A DNA stretch of 64,000 nucleotides from an uncultured Acidimicrobiia bacterium (GTDB lineage Bacteria > Acidobacteriota > Terriglobia > Versatilivoradales > Versatilivoraceae), in assembly GCA_963786955.1 (NCBI GenBank), contig CAWBAT010000004.1, forward strand, positions 832,001 to 896,000, read 5' to 3'. Each line of letters opens with the position of its first letter. Position 1 is the stretch's first letter. The position numbers and the translations under genes are program-made. The notes below the pieces were generated by a model. That model made no database searches, was not told the origin of the DNA, and was given only the letters and a program-made list of their open reading frames with translations. Positions 61,053-64,000 of this stretch are shown here, piece by piece.

Positions 61053-64000
61053 ATGAAAAATTTTCGTTATTTCTCCGCTTTGCTTGTCTTGATTGCTTGT
61101 TTCTCCACGGAGGGGTTTTCCCGTTCAACCTCCCCTCGCCCATCCCGATTATCCAACCACCCCTTTTGCGGAGCATATCCGGGACGTATTTTCGACGAGC
61201 TTCGCAAAGCCAAAGCCGTGCGCCAAGTCCTCGAATTAAGAAGATCTCCCCTGGCCTTAAGAACGAACAGCTTGGCCACGGGAGATGTTGGCAATATTGC
61301 TATCATCGAGGATGATGGCACCATTGTTTCTCAAGCGAATCCGTTTGACCTCGCGGACACGAACCTGAAAATGACTCCGAATGGACCAGGGGCTTACGCG
61401 TTGAGCTTCCAAGTCGGCAGCGTCAACCAGAAATTCGGCACGAAGCTCGCTTTAACAGACGATGACTTTCGGGAAATTGCTTTCCCGACCGGATTCCAAT
61501 TTCCGTTCATGGGCACCAAATACGGTAGTGTCTTCATCAATTCAGACGGCAACATCACGTTCACCCAAGGAGACTCCGCCCATACCGATCGAGATCTAAG
61601 CCGCTTTAACGGCGGGGTGCCTCGAATTGCGGCGCTTTTTGACGATCTGGATCCCACCTTGGGAGATGGGAGCGTATATTACAACATATTGCCAGATCGG
61701 TTCTTAATTACGTGGAACCTGATTCGGGAATTTGAAGGCATCTTGCCAAACACAGTTCAGTTGGCCTTATTTCCGGACGGATCGTTTGAGATTACTTTTG
61801 GCTCAGTGGGGGCGACTTCTTTGATCGTCGGTTGGACGGCAGGCCAGAATCTTCAGACCATCAATTTAACTGATTTGAGCAAATCGAGTGGAGCGCTCCC
61901 TTCAGGCCCCGTTGCGGAGAATTTTTCCGACCAAACGAAGATAGACTATGCAGCGCTGGCCAAAAGGTTTTATCAAACTCACCCGGATGACTATGATCAG
62001 CTCGCTTTTTACACCAATTTCCCTTACGACATTGGGGCTGATACCTTTGCCTTCGAAGCCACCATTAAGAATGATATCAACGGAATCAATGTGGACATTT
62101 TTGATTACAGTCAAGAATTTGGAAGTGGCGGTAGGCTCCAAAGCTTTCTTTCATTGAATCAATTGGCTGCCTTCCCCGACAATCCAGATGAGATTGCCGT
62201 TCGCACTTATTCTCCCGTGGCGGTCTTAGCCCACGAGACGGCTCACCGGTGGTTAGCCTATCCTCTTTTCAAGCTGGGCACGACGAATAGTGGGGACTTA
62301 TTGGGTTATCAACAGGCCCACTGGAGCTATTTCTTTAACGCCGATGCTTCACTCATGGAAGGTCATGTCATTCGTGATAATGGGAATGGTTCTTTCACGA
62401 TTACAGAAGCGACAAACCGTTTTGGCAAACTGGACCAATATCTTATGGGGTTGCGTGGCGCAGCCGATGTCGGGCCTCTCTTCTATGTAAAACCAAGTGC
62501 AGGAAGCGGCCATGATGCTACCGATGTCACACACCTCTCAGATATAGGATTGACCTTTAATGGAACTCGAACAGATCTGACTGTAAACGATATTATTGCT
62601 GCAGAAGGGCCGAGAAGCCCTGATGTCGTTTCGGCTCCAAAGGGAATTCATCAGGCTTCAATTTTGCTGGTACGCTCAGGCACCTCTCCCACGGCAGCCG
62701 AGCTCGAAAAGCTGTCTCGAATGCAGCAACACTTACAAGAGTTCTTCTCCCAAGCGACTGAAGGTTTAGGAACCGTAGACACGAGACTTAACTCGACTCC
62801 CATTGTGCCCATCATCAGCGCAGTATCCCCAGCTTCAGGATCCACACTGGGTAACACGACCGTTTACATTTCAGGCAGTAACTTGCAGGCTGGAGCTACC
62901 GTCACCTTTGGTAGTATTTCGGCGGCTGACATTCAGATCGTGAGTCCCTCTCTCATCATCGCCACAACTGGACCCGGCCCTGCAGGAGCAGTCAATCTCA
63001 CGGTGACGAATCCGGGTGCTCAGTCCGCCACCTTGACCCATGCATACACGTATCGGGCTCTTGCTCCTGTCACAATTCCTGCTACGGCTCTGAGAATCCC
63101 CTACGCGGTGGATAATCTCTATTTCCGGTCCAATCTGGGTATCAACAATCCCAATCCTCTAGAAGCGAATGTCCGGATTTCCGAGTTGGATAACAATGGA
63201 CTGCTGGTCAATCAGCCGGTCTCAGCGACAGTTTCAGCCAACGGCTTTCTCCAGATCAACAGCCTGCTTGCCTATCTGGAGGGAAGCGCCGCACCGACCG
63301 GGCGAGAGGGTTCCCTGGTCTTGGAATCAGATCAACCCATCCATGGGTTTGTTTCGCAAATTGACAATCAGACGGGGGACCCGAGTATCTTGGATGGCAC
63401 ACAAACGGGGGGGATGCGGCTGATTTTACAGTCAGCAGCCAACACAGGACCCTTCCGATCTACTTTGGTGATTCTCAACCTGTCTCCGGGTCAGGCCTTG
63501 GTAGATGTCACGGCACTCAGCCGAAGCACAGGGCAGCCGATTGGGAACTCATTGAGGAATGTTTCGATTGCCGGGCATGGATTTATTTCATTTAACAATA
63601 TTTTGCAGGCCTTGTCGGTCCCGGGTGAATATGGTCCCGTAGAAATCCATTCAACCAATGGGACTCTGCTCGCGGCAGTTTCTCGTGTCTCGGGCTTAAG
63701 CGCAAGTACCAGTGGTTTCTTTACGGCCCAGGATAGTAACTCGGGCTCTCAATCCGAGATCATTCCATTTGTAATTGACACCGACACGTTCCGAACAAAT
63801 CTCGGATTGAATAATTTGAGTGGTACTGTGGCGAATGTCCAGATCGCGCTGTTTGATCAGGATGGGAACACCCGGGCATCTACCGCATCGCCGATTCAGG
63901 TGGCTCCTCAGGGGATGGTTCAGATCAATGGCATCCTGCGGTTTCTAATCAATGGCTCGAGTAACTCAGGCCTCACCAATCAGCAGGGGTACCTCCGAAT
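61053..64000 (+). CDS. Large secreted HExxH metalloprotease-like protein with NIDO-like and IPT/TIG domains (runs off the window; absent from the ORF track)
   Basis: Partial manual translation: MKNFRYFSALLVLIAC leader; FPFMGTKYGSVFINSDGNITF; VLAHETAHRW in frame at 62232; PIISAVSPASGS IPT-like segment. Confidence 0.8.
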   Translation, partial: MKNFRYFSALLVLIACFSTEGFSRSTSPRPSRLSNHPFCGAYPGRIFDELRKAKAVRQVLELRRSPLALRTNSLATGDVGNIAIIEDDGTIVSQANPFDLADTNLKMTPNGPGAYALSFQVGSVNQKFGTKLALTDDDFREIAFPTGFQFPFMGTKYGSVFINSDGNITFTQGDSAHTDRDLSRFNGGVPRIAALFDDLDPTLGDGSVYYNILPDRFLITWNLIREFEGILPNTVQLALFPDGSFEITFGSVGATSLIVGWTAGQNLQTINLTDLSKSSGALPSGPVAENFSDQTKIDYAALAKRFYQTHPDDYDQLAFYTNFPYDIGADTFAFEATIKNDINGINVDIFDYSQEFGSGGRLQSFLSLNQLAAFPDNPDEIAVRTYSPVAVLAHETAHRWLAYPLFKLGTTNSGDLLGYQQAHWSYFFNADASLMEGHVIRDNGNGSFTITEATNRFGKLDQYLMGLRGAADVGPLFYVKPSAGSGHDATDVTHLSDIGLTFNGTRTDLTVNDIIAAEGPRSPDVVSAPKGIHQASILLVRSGTSPTAAELEKLSRMQQHLQEFFSQATEGLGTVDTRLNSTPIVPIISAVSPASGSTLGNTTVYISGSNLQAGATVTFGSISAADIQIVSPSLIIATTGPGPAGAVNLTVTNPGAQSATLTHAYTYRALAPVTIPATALRIPYAVDNLYFRSNLGINNPNPLEANVRISELDNNGLLVNQPVSATVSANGFLQINSLLAYLEGSAAPTGREGSLVLESDQPIHGFVSQIDNQTGDPSILDGTQTGGMRLILQSAANTGPFRSTLVILNLSPGQALVDVTALSRSTGQPIGNSLRNVSIAGHGFISFNNILQALSVPGEYGPVEIHSTNGTLLAAVSRVSGLSASTSGFFTAQDSNSGSQSEIIPFVIDTDTFRTNLGLNNLSGTVANVQIALFDQDGNTRASTASPIQVAPQGMVQINGILRFLINGSSNSGLTNQQGYLR

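Overview
A ~53% GC bacterial window. The wHTH-TolB-TPR paralogues, kinase-propeller fusion and secreted protein types suggest an Acidobacteriota-like genome (inference). Most of it is an energy-metabolism island. It holds (i) a sigma54-driven, O2-tolerant-type group 1 [NiFe] uptake hydrogenase cluster with hypABCDEF and an embedded 19-heme CbcL-like cytochrome c/b fusion, (ii) a clade II nitrous oxide reductase operon led by an NAD(P)H:Fe-S flavoprotein, Rieske protein, cytochrome b and pentaheme cytochrome c, and (iii) a divergent group 3b NAD(P)-coupled [NiFe] hydrogenase operon. That operon is separated from a hydrogenase maturation protease by ~14 kb. The gap is built from three paralogous membrane-anchored wHTH-TolB-TPR regulators with shared operator repeats, a divergent promoter plus structured leader (two copies), and divergent TPR regions. 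It also carries a 3'-truncated group II intron and a Ser/Thr kinase with a REPIN-like palindrome in frame in its activation loop. The window ends with pcm, fhs, hemerythrin-like, HhH, CBS and secreted-protein genes, plus a large secreted HExxH protein that runs off the right end. About 11 genes between 10.7 and 40.6 kb are frameshifted, most likely by assembly indels. No rRNA, tRNA or CRISPR array was seen.
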